DNA from: Hydrolagus affinis
Lineage: Eukaryota
Length of the DNA: 59,601 nucleotides
Direction of reading: 5' to 3'
Assembly (NCBI GenBank): GCA_012026655.1
Contig: JAAILG010001955.1
Location: 1-59,601 of the forward strand
Of this stretch, positions 1 through 10,159 are shown one piece after another. The stretch's first letter is position 1. Each line of letters starts with the position of its first letter. The notes beneath the pieces were generated by a model. That model searched no databases and was not told where the DNA came from. It was given only the letters and a program-made list of their open reading frames with translations. Both the position numbers and the translations under genes were made by a program.

Positions 1-200
1 CCTGGGGGGGTGGGGGAGGAGAGAGAGACGGCCTGGGGTGGGTGGGTGGGGAGAGAGACGGCGGGGGGGGGTGGGGAGAGACGGGGTGGATGTGATAATA
101 TACAGATAGATAGAGATGGGGGGGATGTGAGAGAGACACAGAGACACAGACAGAAAAAAAACAGAGATGGAGACAGTGAGAGACACAGAGAGAGAAAGAT
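1..200. repeat. G-run and (GA)n/(GACA)n low-complexity tract
   Basis: Repeated cctggggggg...ggagagagagacgg units followed by gaga/gaca simple repeats. Confidence 0.85.
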
Positions 201-204
201 ATTT

Positions 205-366
205 ACCTCCTGAGGAGATAGGCCCCGAATGCGCGCGCACTCCGAATGCACGGGCTGCGCACGCATGCGCAGTACGAAAAACCCGGAAATATCGATATTT
301 CGGTATATCTCGATATGAGCCCATCGATATATCTAAATCGGAAAATTTCCATATCGACGGACTCTA
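205..366 (-). mobile_element. One end of a hAT-type MITE, same family as 27575-27934
   Basis: Reverse complement begins tagagtccgtcgatatggaaattttcc and matches 27575 onward, including the cgatat subrepeats and gcgcgcgcattc. Confidence 0.8.
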
Positions 367-369
367 CTG

Positions 370-492
370 CAGATCATTCAAAACTCTGACAGCTCATGTC
401 CACTCCCATACCAGGCTCCGTGACCCCATCACCCAGACCGTTGCCCAGCTCCACTGGCTCCCCATCCCACAGAGGATAGAATTAAAAATCAA
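370..492 (+). mobile_element. L2 LINE ORF2 C-terminal fragment
   Basis: Translates HTRLRDPITQTVAQLHWLPIPQRIELKI, the HITP..L..LHWLP...RI.FK motif of L2 elements. Confidence 0.8.
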
Positions 493-1072
493 TTCAGATC
501 AGCTGGTTTAATGTGCACAAATTGCAGACAAACCGATCACATCACACATGATGAGCTGTGAGGTGGGGGGGGAATCAAAAAAAATAATCAATTGCAATAA
601 ATGAAAGAGTGGGAACATTATTTTTGGTCGATGAATAAATTGCTGGACCAAGAATTCATCCCACTGCATCACTAATTGTAGTAGAATCCGAAGGTGCCAA
701 ATCCTTCAAACATCAAGTTTGTTGTTGCAGAAGCTTGTGTTGAATGTGGAGGTGACAGCCTTAGGAACTTTGCTCAGTAAAGTGATGTGTGTTTGAAGGT
801 TAAGTTGGCTGCGGTCCCAGTTAGTCATTCTTCATGCTCCTTTCTACGAATACTCTTTGAATTTTAAACACAGTAACCTGTGAGAGTTAGCACATCTCAC
901 TCATCCTCTAATATTAATACTGTGGGAATATGAAGGTTCTAGTCATGAAACAAAAATATTTAGCCCTGTCTCTCATTGTGGTGTACAGTATTTTCATTCA
1001 TATTAATGGTTTAGATGTTTTGTAAATAATCATGTCTGTAACAATTGTCTAACCTCCTAATTGTTTTAAAAT

Positions 1073-1251
1073 AAATTGGTTATTTCAATCCACGACTATT
1101 TGTGGGACACTGCTGTGCACAATTGGCTGCCGAATTTCGCCCACAAATATACAGTCAATTCACTTTACAGTGCATCCTGTGATGTACTTTGAGACATCTA
1201 CAAGAAGTGAAAAGCGCTATATCAAATGCAAGGATTATTATTATTATTATT
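1073..1251 (+). mobile_element. tRNA-derived SINE, 3' part with (TTA)n tail
   Basis: tgtgggacactgctgtgcacaattggctgcc...gtgaaaagcgctatatcaaatgcaaggattattatt; the same sequence recurs more than 15 times in the window. Confidence 0.9.
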
Positions 1252-4212
1252 AATTTAACCTGAAAAAAAGAATTAATCTGACAATTCATCTTGCGTTAGT
1301 TGTGGGACATTGCTGGTAAATGCAGCATAAAGTGATTGTGTGGAAAGGCACTATACAAGTGTAATTTGGTTGTTCTTGCTGTTGCTTCATTGTCTACACT
1401 TTTAGTAAGTTTGTTTAGTTATTTATCATATCTTTTTGATCAAGTTATTTTGAGTACCACCTGCCTTGTGATTCAGGATAGATATCAAATGAATACTCCT
1501 CTTCCCGCAATTTACCATGTGTTCCAGTGAACATTATTTCTGCTGATAAACTGAAAAGCTTCCTTTCCTAACTCAAAATGATAGAAAGACCGAACCATGT
1601 AAGCACATTTTTTTAACAAAATATTCTTTCACCAATTAGAAACTTTTAGGTACCTTTTGAATGTGTCCACAATGAACATTTTGATCTCTACAGCCCAGGT
1701 CCTGCCCACTCCCAATTACAATAGTTTTTTTTAGAAAAAAAAACGAAAACATGAGAAACCCACAGGTACGGCTGACTAACTGAACCTGTCACAAAAGTAG
1801 ACCACAACTTTCCATTGATGTTCAAGTAACTTTAGAAACCATGCAAAAACCCTGTGGGTACAGAAACAGATGTGCCAAAGTTCTATCTATTCCACTTGGA
1901 AAGGATCATTTGAAAACCTTTGTAGGAGGAGGGGCTACTTTGCAGCTGTCCAGTTTTAAAACTCTCATTCAATTTAATTTGATACCTACTGTCCACTTTG
2001 AGGTAGGAGCAACTTATGTTTTATTTTCCCAAAAAGGGTGGTTTTGCAGCGAAAAGCCAAGATACTGAAAAATGAAATGTCCCATTGCTAGATGTGACCA
2101 AACCCATCCGTAATGTAAAAAACAGCATCAAAATCGGGAGGTAAACAGCTGAGCAGACCCATCAATGTGACAGTGGCTGACCAAGGCCAACCAACATTGA
2201 AGGATGCAAGTAATTTTACAGGTATTACTTTTAATGGGGTGGGGGTGGGTGGGGGAGAGCAAAGAGACCTTTCTCTGGTTCCACAATGGGCAAAGTGTTA
2301 CATATAGGACCCCTGTGGTATCCAAGGGGGAAAGGGACAGAACAGAAATACTTGTAAATTTATGAGTCATCAGTGGTCGGTGCTATGCTAGCCATTGTGC
2401 AAATATTTATCAGAGACATTGTATAGGATTACTGTACTAAACAAGAGTATATTTTTTTATGGAAATAGAGGCTCTGGAGACTGCCTGGAGAGGAAGTCCC
2501 AACTCCCAGGACTGAGTGCAATAATAAAAGCATTTCTAATGCGGAGCTGGTGAACCTAATGTCCCAAAAATAAAACAAGCTGAGAGATCTCCAACAAGAC
2601 TAGTTCAGAATAAGATGGTTAAAACCTGACATTCAAAAATCAACGTTAATAGTTAAAATGTTGTCTTTTCTATTGTGGTGTAATCACTAGAGGTTAATTT
2701 GGGAGAGTTCCAATGCTTCTATTATGAACAGAAAAAAGAAATGAACTATTCAAGCTACCAGTGGTGTCATCTACTGGTAGGTTTTCAACATTACCGCTGC
2801 TCAGCCAAATGGTGTGAGTCTCACCGTATTTAAACGTACTTTCTTTTTGTTCCATTAGTTTTTAAAAAAAATAAAAAAAATAAAGCACTTGAAATAAATG
2901 CTAACCAGAACAGGGACCAGTTTTCTCAGATAGGATCATCCTGCATGTTGAAACTTTGGCTCACAGTATCAAGAAACTTTAGATCACATCACATTGGAAC
3001 TACTGTATCAACAACACTGTGGACCACAGTTTGCCTGGCTTTGACAGGTGGTTTTCCTGAGACATGTTCAACCTCAAGGAGAGACCACTCACCTTTGATG
3101 ATGTTTAAAGTGCCAATCAAAACGTCTCCTAGCATCTTTGGAGGACATCAGAGGACCCAAAATTGCTCATGACCTTAGCCTAAGTATAATTGTTTGAAAC
3201 TTTGAAACTGTGCAGAAGCTTGGAAAATTCTTGAATCTAATATTTGATTTAGAAGTCAGTTTTCTGCAGTTCTTTTATGCAACCTAGGACAATCAGCTTT
3301 TTTCCCCCCTGGACACCAGTACAATTTAAGACAATGGTTCAAGGCTAACTCCTTGAGACAATTGGGGCTTTAGAAACGTTCAGCTTTAACTATTCCCAAA
3401 AGTAGTTTCCGTTTTTATCTGTTTTACTGCATGCATTTAGAATACCAGACATACTCGCTCTTCAACAACAACAACTTGCATTCCTATAGCACCCTTCACG
3501 CAGAGAAGAATCTCGGAGCTTAATGTTCCAGAGTTTCAAGCAGTTTATAGATTCAGCGCCTTGGGACGTACTCTCGATGTGAAAGGTGCTCTATAAATGT
3601 AATTTTGTTGTTTTTGTTGTGAATGAAAAATAAAATAATGAAAAACATGAATGCTCCAAAAACAGATAGATGGGTTAGAAGACCTGGTAGAAGACAACAG
3701 AAGCATTCAGGGGAAAGAAAAGCTCTAAAGAATTCAATTCAAATATGAATCTCATGGTGCATTCGTCTTTTCGCTTTAACAACTCACATTTGGCAAGTAC
3801 TGAAGCATTTGTCCTTATCCATTGAGCGTTTTAACAAATATATACACAGTTTTTAAAAATGTTCAATTTATTAAACATAAAGTAACTACAGTATTGTGCC
3901 CTCCTGAGTATTTTTTAAAATGTTCTTTTGAAACATATTTTTATTAATACAATACAATCCATTTCCAAAAGGATTCATTGAGACAATCCTTAAATATTTA
4001 GAAACTTCAGACTTTTGGGTCAAAATAATGCTGCGCATTATTTTTAAGGTGGTTTTGAGAGCCAGATTTATTAGTTATCTTGAATCACATACTGACACAG
4101 ATGTCAATCAGTGAACTGCAAAGGTGTGTTTAAGCAACAAAATTATAAACCATTGAGATTGGACCATCTACAAAGACAATTAAATTAGCAAGCTGTAAAT
4201 AATAATCATATT

Positions 4213-4358
4213 AATCTTTGCATTTGATATAGCGCTTTTCATGTCTTCTGTACGTCGCAAAGCTTTTCATGTCTTCTGTACGTCGCAAAGCACATTGCGA
4301 ATATACTGTAAAGTGAATTGACTATATCTGTATACTTTTGGTGAAACGTGGCAGCCAG
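4213..4358 (-). mobile_element. SINE 3' fragment with an internal 28-bp tandem duplication
   Basis: Same SINE family; gcttttcatgtcttctgtacgtcgcaaa occurs at 4234-4261 and 4262-4289. Confidence 0.85.
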
Positions 4359-5690
4359 TAAAAGGAGAGTTTGGGGTTAGAAGTGTAAATACTGTATTGT
4401 ACAAATTTCCAACAGAAATCAGGCAATCACTAAAATTCATAACTTTTCCCACAGGATAAGAAAATTACAAGTCTAAAATTGTCGAGCTCTTCTGGAACAA
4501 ATATACAACCAGACAGTAAATCACGGGCATCTCAAATAAACGACAAATGGTGTGGAAAAAAAACCTTTCACTGTACCAAACTGTAAGTGGTCACTGCGGG
4601 ACCATCTTAGAAAGGTCAAAGAAAGTACCACAATGGTAAAAGTGGTTTATCCCTGTCATTCATCACAATCTCCCAACACTGAACATCTACCAATACAGAG
4701 AGCTCTTTTTTTTAAAAAAAACCATAAAAACTATAAAATAAAGGTTTTTAAGTCAACTTAGCTGTGGGGCAGGAACATTTCTGCACAAACCAAATAATCA
4801 AAAACACTTCCAACTCCAAGTTTTTTAAATTTTGAAACCAAATTAAATCCCCCTTCCTCTCCCTGTATCCATTACTCATCTTAAAGTAGTTTTCTTTAGA
4901 ATGTTACCAGGCTAGTAACTAGCTCCACATTTCTAGTAATAATGGTTTCTTTATGCTTATGTATTGAAAGAACATTCTATCATGAGAACTGATAGAATGC
5001 TTAACAAAAAAAATCGGACTCCTCATATTCCTATTTATCTATTTCCCTGAAGCATCAAAAGTTGAAAGATTGGCACTGTAATTAGTTCAAAGAAAACGTC
5101 TGCAAAAGATCACCAATCCATCACTAACTGGCCTTAATATTACAGGAGTGAGGAATGTACATTAACTGTGGTAGTTGCCATGTCTTTATGTCCTACAATC
5201 AGACCCATTCTGGCCTTGCAAAGAAGAACATGCTTATCTTTGTGGTATATATACATTAAAGTACACAATATAAAGTGGCAGTTTTCTGATTAGTGGAAAA
5301 GAATAACAACAACAACTTGAATTTATACGGCGCTGTTCATGCAGGACGCCGTTTCAATGGGAAAAATACTGTCAAATTTTGCGATCACCTAGGAGAGTGG
5401 GAGGACATAATTCTTTCCTTTGCAGTGCAAGTTTGAGATTTAAATTAGTTTATGTATCAGTTTGGCTCAATTGGTGGTACTTGTCTCAGAAGGTTATGGT
5501 GTTTACCTCCACCTCCAGAAAATACCCAAACCAATAGCAAAAGGGCAGAGGAAGAAACTGGAAGCGGTGCAACCCAGAGGGCAGGAGGATGCAATATTTT
5601 GTGGAGGAAGATGACAACTGAGTATAGTTCAGAACCATATTAGCTATGGAGGGGCATGGCTGGTGGGGTAAGAAGATGTGGCGTCCTGCA

Positions 5691-5990
5691 TCTCAGTGTT
5701 TAGAGCACTTGCCTTGCAAGTGAGAGACCTGGATTAAATTCTGGTAGAGCAAAACCTTGGGCAAGTTTCCTTAGTCCACACGCCTGATAATAATCCCTCA
5801 AAAAAAAATTGAGCATTTCAATCCACGACTGTTTGTGGGACACTGCTGTGCGCAATTGCCTATAGCGTTTCATCCACAAACATATTGTCAATTCACTTTA
5901 CAGTATATTCTGTGAAGCATTTTGAGATGCCTAGAAGAAGTAAAAAGTGCTATATCAAATGCAAGGATTATTATTTATTATTATTAATTA
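5691..5990 (+). mobile_element. Near full-length tRNA-derived SINE, short form
   Basis: tRNA-like head (ctcagtgtttagagcacttgccttgcaagtgagagacctgg), body and (TTA)n tail. Confidence 0.9.
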
Positions 5991-6705
5991 TTATAAGGAG
6001 AGAACAAGAAGCGTGGGGGCATTAATCCAAATGTGGGAGCTCAATTGTTACCGCTAATCTGGTACAGTCCCTGACTGTTGCATTTAGTTTTAACAGTACT
6101 CGAGACATTTTAATACAACAACAAAATTACAGTGTAGAGCGCCTATCACGTCGGGAGGATATAAAATAATCAAATAATAAACCAAAGGAGCAGTGTGTGT
6201 AATATAAACCTCAAGCAATATCAAGTTGTAGTTTAATATTAACAGAGGATGCACCATAGCCACCAGCAGGGTATAATAATTATCTCCGTGAGTGATGAAG
6301 TTTTAAGTGAGTTATGATCAGCTGCACATGAAGAGATTTATTGTGTCTGGCTGGTGCTTGCCATGCTCTATCAATAGCAAACATTCAAAACATAATTAAT
6401 ACAAATTTTATGACAACCTCGGAGAGGGGGGAAATAATTCTTCCCTTTGCAGGGCAAGTTTGTGATTTTAATTAGTTTAATATTCCAATATGAAGTTTAA
6501 AAAAATGCAGCGTTCAAACCTTATAATTGATTTCCACCACAGCAAATTTAACCATGGATAGTAAGAGCTAGATACTGACCTCCGGGAAATGATTCGTGCC
6601 TCTCATGTCAACTTTAATAATTGAGTTTTGAGATCAGTGAACCAGTTTGTGTATCGCTAATCGTAGTGATGTAACTTGGGGAGAGGGGTGAGGAGTGTAG
6701 ATTAT

Positions 6706-7070
6706 GTAGCTCAGTGGTTAAAACACTCGCGTCGCAAGCGAGAGACCTGGGTTCTATTCCCAGCAGGGTAAACCTTCGTCAGGTTTCTGTACTATAGACG
6801 CCTCTGTTTACCTAGCAGTAAGTAGATATGTGATTGTTAGTCAATTGGCGGATCGCTTTTCCGAGGGCAATAATTCCTTTTAAAAAATGATAAATTGGTC
6901 GCTCAATCCATGACTATTTGTGGGACACTGCTGTGCACAATTGGCTGCCGCGTTTCACCCCAAAAATATACTTCAAATCACTTCAGGGTATATTCTGTGA
7001 AGCGCTTTGAGACTTATCGAAGTCTTGATGAAGTACCATATCAAATTGAAGGATTATCATTATTATCATC
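6706..7070 (+). mobile_element. Full-length tRNA-derived SINE, long form with an extra central segment
   Basis: A box tagctcagtgg, anticodon arm ctcgc-gtcgcaa-gcgag, T arm ctggg-ttctatt-cccag, then the shared SINE body and tail. Confidence 0.9.
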
Positions 7071-7269
7071 ATACAAGAAGTTCGTCTGGACAGTACAGAT
7101 ATTAAAAACATGTCTTAAAAACATCCTCAGAAGGAACCATTGCACCTTCTTTGTCTAATTGTCCCCCTTCCATTTTATTTATTTCACAACCTCCTGTAGA
7201 CATTATATCCTTTTAAGTGCCTGCATGTCTTCAGGAGAAACATATTAAAACTGTATTCAAGGTTGCTTG

Positions 7270-7410
7270 AATGTGACATTTGCTCCCCAGAAGCCTGTAG
7301 ATGCAAAATCAATTGGAAAGTTTAAAAAGTGAAACAGACACTTACAAAATACTGGCATAAAGGGATAATGGTGGAACACAGGGAAATGGTATTAAAAGAT
7401 TTGCCCATGA
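7270..7410 (+). mobile_element. Degenerate CR1 LINE 3' fragment
   Basis: ctccccagaagcctgtagatgcaaaatcaattggaaagtttaaaaag...agac resembles the CR1 LP..VV.A.SI..FK..LD ending. Confidence 0.55.
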
Positions 7411-9589
7411 TCTGATGTTTCTAGATCCATAGATACCCTAACCCTACCAATTAGAGATTTTTTATTATTCTTTTGAATTCTTGAAAGTCTTGCCTTTGGT
7501 GCCTTTGTTAGAATGCAGGTTTACGGAGAGCTCATGAGCAGACTGGAGCTCACCATATATCTCTGCTCTTCCCTTAGGCCAATATCCTGAAACCAAGCTC
7601 AGGTCATTAGCAAATGTACCTCTGTGTAACAAGCTCTCACAGAATTTGACAGCTTGGATGGATGTCAGCTTTGTGAAAGCTCCACCTCCTCTATCACTGC
7701 ATGTTTTCCCCACCTTCCCCAGGGAAATTCAATTAAGAGCATCTTGTACCGCCCATCTGTCAATGATTGACACCATCGGGATTCTACCCGCAGCTTGTTG
7801 ACATGTGAGATGTGTCTAGGTCCACAACCTAATGACATAGTTGCAGCCCACATGGTTTGAAGGTATACTTTTTAAAATACATATATTTCCTCATGAACAG
7901 ACTGCAAGCACTCAAATCAATCGTTGCTGTCTTTACTGATTGGAACTTGTGGCCTGCTTAAAAAAACATTGCCAGTTATTCCCCACTCCACCCTACACCA
8001 GCTAAGTAAGTGTAACCTCAGTATGATCGATGGATCCCATGTTAACATTTTAATTTTTTGTGACTTCACCTACCAAAGGCAAAGTGACCAAATCAATGAG
8101 AATGTGATCAAAATGGAGAATGTGGTGCCACACAATACAAAGCTGAAATTTTAACTTTCTACTGAGGTGATGAGTATCTGACGCAGAAAGTATATATTTT
8201 TTTAAATGACAATAATCACACATCTCCAAAGACTTGGGGAAAATGCTTAGGAATTTGCATACTGCCAAGGAATGGATTCATCTAATGTAATACTAGTTTA
8301 TTGTTCATTTTGACCGAAAGTGATCTCTTCTAGGCCCTGAACAATGACAAGTAACAGATTCAAAATTCCATGTGTATGCTGCAGTACATTAGCCCGTGAT
8401 ACAAGGATTTTATGGCATTCTGTGCAACCTTATCAGATATACAATGGAATGCACCTTCAGGCACCAGAATTGCTCACACACGTTAAGAATTATTTGTAAT
8501 ACTGTCACATAATTATAACTATCAGCATTCTTGCATTGGAAGATTGATAAACTCTCTTTAACTCTTAACTCTCAAGAAGCTACATCCCTGTCTCCTTCAA
8601 AAGGCAGTGAAGGATGATTTTTTTTTCCTAAGTGTCATAAATTCCACGAAAGAAAGAGTGGTCTGATCATGTGTAAACACTTTTGTTTCTATTTATTAAT
8701 TGGACAAACTAAGCAGTGCATCTCAGGAGTTGTGAGCTCCAGAATTAATGTCAGCATCTTCAATAAAAATATCAGTATTGGTAAGGGACGAGCGGCACCA
8801 GACTATACAGACTATGTTCAAATTCTTATGATTAGTTAATTGATATGTCAGTATAGCAACTGAGGCTACAATTTGGCCCCAGGACCCTGATTGCAATCTA
8901 GTTACAAGGTGAGTAAGTGTGGACGAGGACGGGGTTGGAGATCGGCTGTTGCATCTCTCACAATGCTAAAAAGCCTGTTAACATAACTTTCAAGGTTATT
9001 ACGCGATACTAATTTAATGAAGTATGGACGGCACATGTGAAACATGCCCAACATCTGCGGACAGGAGAGAAATAGGGGAAATTGGTGAGAACCAAAATAT
9101 CTGATGGTTGTTCTCGATGAGACGCAGCAGCAGTGCAATGAGACAAATGTTTCTTTCTGGGGAAAGCCTGCACATTCCACTTCAAAGACGGACATTTCCT
9201 TACATAGGTGGCATGTATGGAACTCCTTATCCAATTTGGATACCTTCAATTATGGGGATGAGTTTCGCCATGCGTCAGACACTCAGCTGACTAAAAAAAA
9301 AGCCTCTTGTTAACTGCATAGATCTCTCTAAAAGATTACTTGCTTTGCACATTCAACAAAATACCAACCAACAAAGGACCATTTCTGTTGACTTGCTCCT
9401 CCTGTTAACAACAAGCTCTCAAGTGGCCTCAATCTCTTGGTATCCGGGAATCAGATAATGGATAACAGCGATATGGATCAACAACAACAACAAAATTACA
9501 CTTGTATAGCACCTTTCACATGGGGAGGAAGTCCCAAGGTGCTGGACAGTCAATGGCTTCTGATGTTTGATTCTGTAATATTGTAACGA

Positions 9590-10017
9590 TATGTTGGCAT
9601 TAGCAGGGATACGGTGGATGCCAACTAAATTGATGGCTAGAATTAAATGCCTGTGTAACAAGGAACCGGTACTGTTCACACCGTAGATGCAAAGCCTCAG
9701 AGGAGATCTTACTAAAATATTCCAGATGTTGGAGGGTATAAACAGAATCCCAAATTTTTTTGGACAAGGCCACACACTCTATGGACAAGGGGAATGGATA
9801 CAAACCAAGAAGAAGGAAGAGGAATTTAATGTCTCTGCACAGAGTGATGGATATGACAACTCCAGGAGGAGGTGGAGGAAGACTGTCAGCTAATTCAAGA
9901 GAGAATTAGATAGCTATTTGATGAAGAAATCAATTGAGGGGTGTGCGGGATAGAGTAATTTTTTTTTTTACTATGGGACTGATAGACTGCAATGCCTTTT
10001 CTGGTTCCTACAATTCA
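9590..10017 (+). mobile_element. Degenerate CR1 LINE 3' end
   Basis: Translates ...TKLMARIKCL...SLRGDLTKIFQMLEGINR (CR1 RRLRGDLIEVFK motif), then FKRELDSYL and a 3' UTR-like tail. Confidence 0.8.
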
Positions 10018-10032
10018 AACTACTGCCATTAC

Positions 10033-10159
10033 CTGCTTCTCCAGAATGCGGATGATTTCCCCCAGTGTTCTATCCAGAGAAGACACCTTGTTGTTTGCCC
10101 ATGGCCCACTGTCTTGTCCTTGGTGCTGCTTCAGAAGATCTTTAACTAATCTCTGCAGT
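10033..10159 (-). CDS. SCAPER: SCAPER exon, 127 nt (LQRLVKDLLKQHQGQDSGPWANNKVSSLDRTLGEIIRILEKQ)
   Basis: Acceptor tgtgcag|A, donor CAG|gtaatg. Confidence 0.96.

Noticed and set aside
6706-6770. tRNA-Ala(CGC)-like cloverleaf
   Set aside because: It has A and B boxes plus anticodon and T arms, but no convincing acceptor stem. It runs directly into the SINE body, so it is a SINE head rather than a tRNA gene.
7465-7853. ORF containing CESLLH, reminiscent of the SCAPER C-terminal CESLLHEV
   Set aside because: The flanking residues do not match, the intervening exons are missing and there are no fitting splice sites. Treated as chance, although the block could be a conserved non-coding element.
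8167-8181. C/D box-like GTGATGA...CTGA
   Set aside because: The boxes are only 4 nt apart and antisense to the host gene, so this is not a snoRNA.
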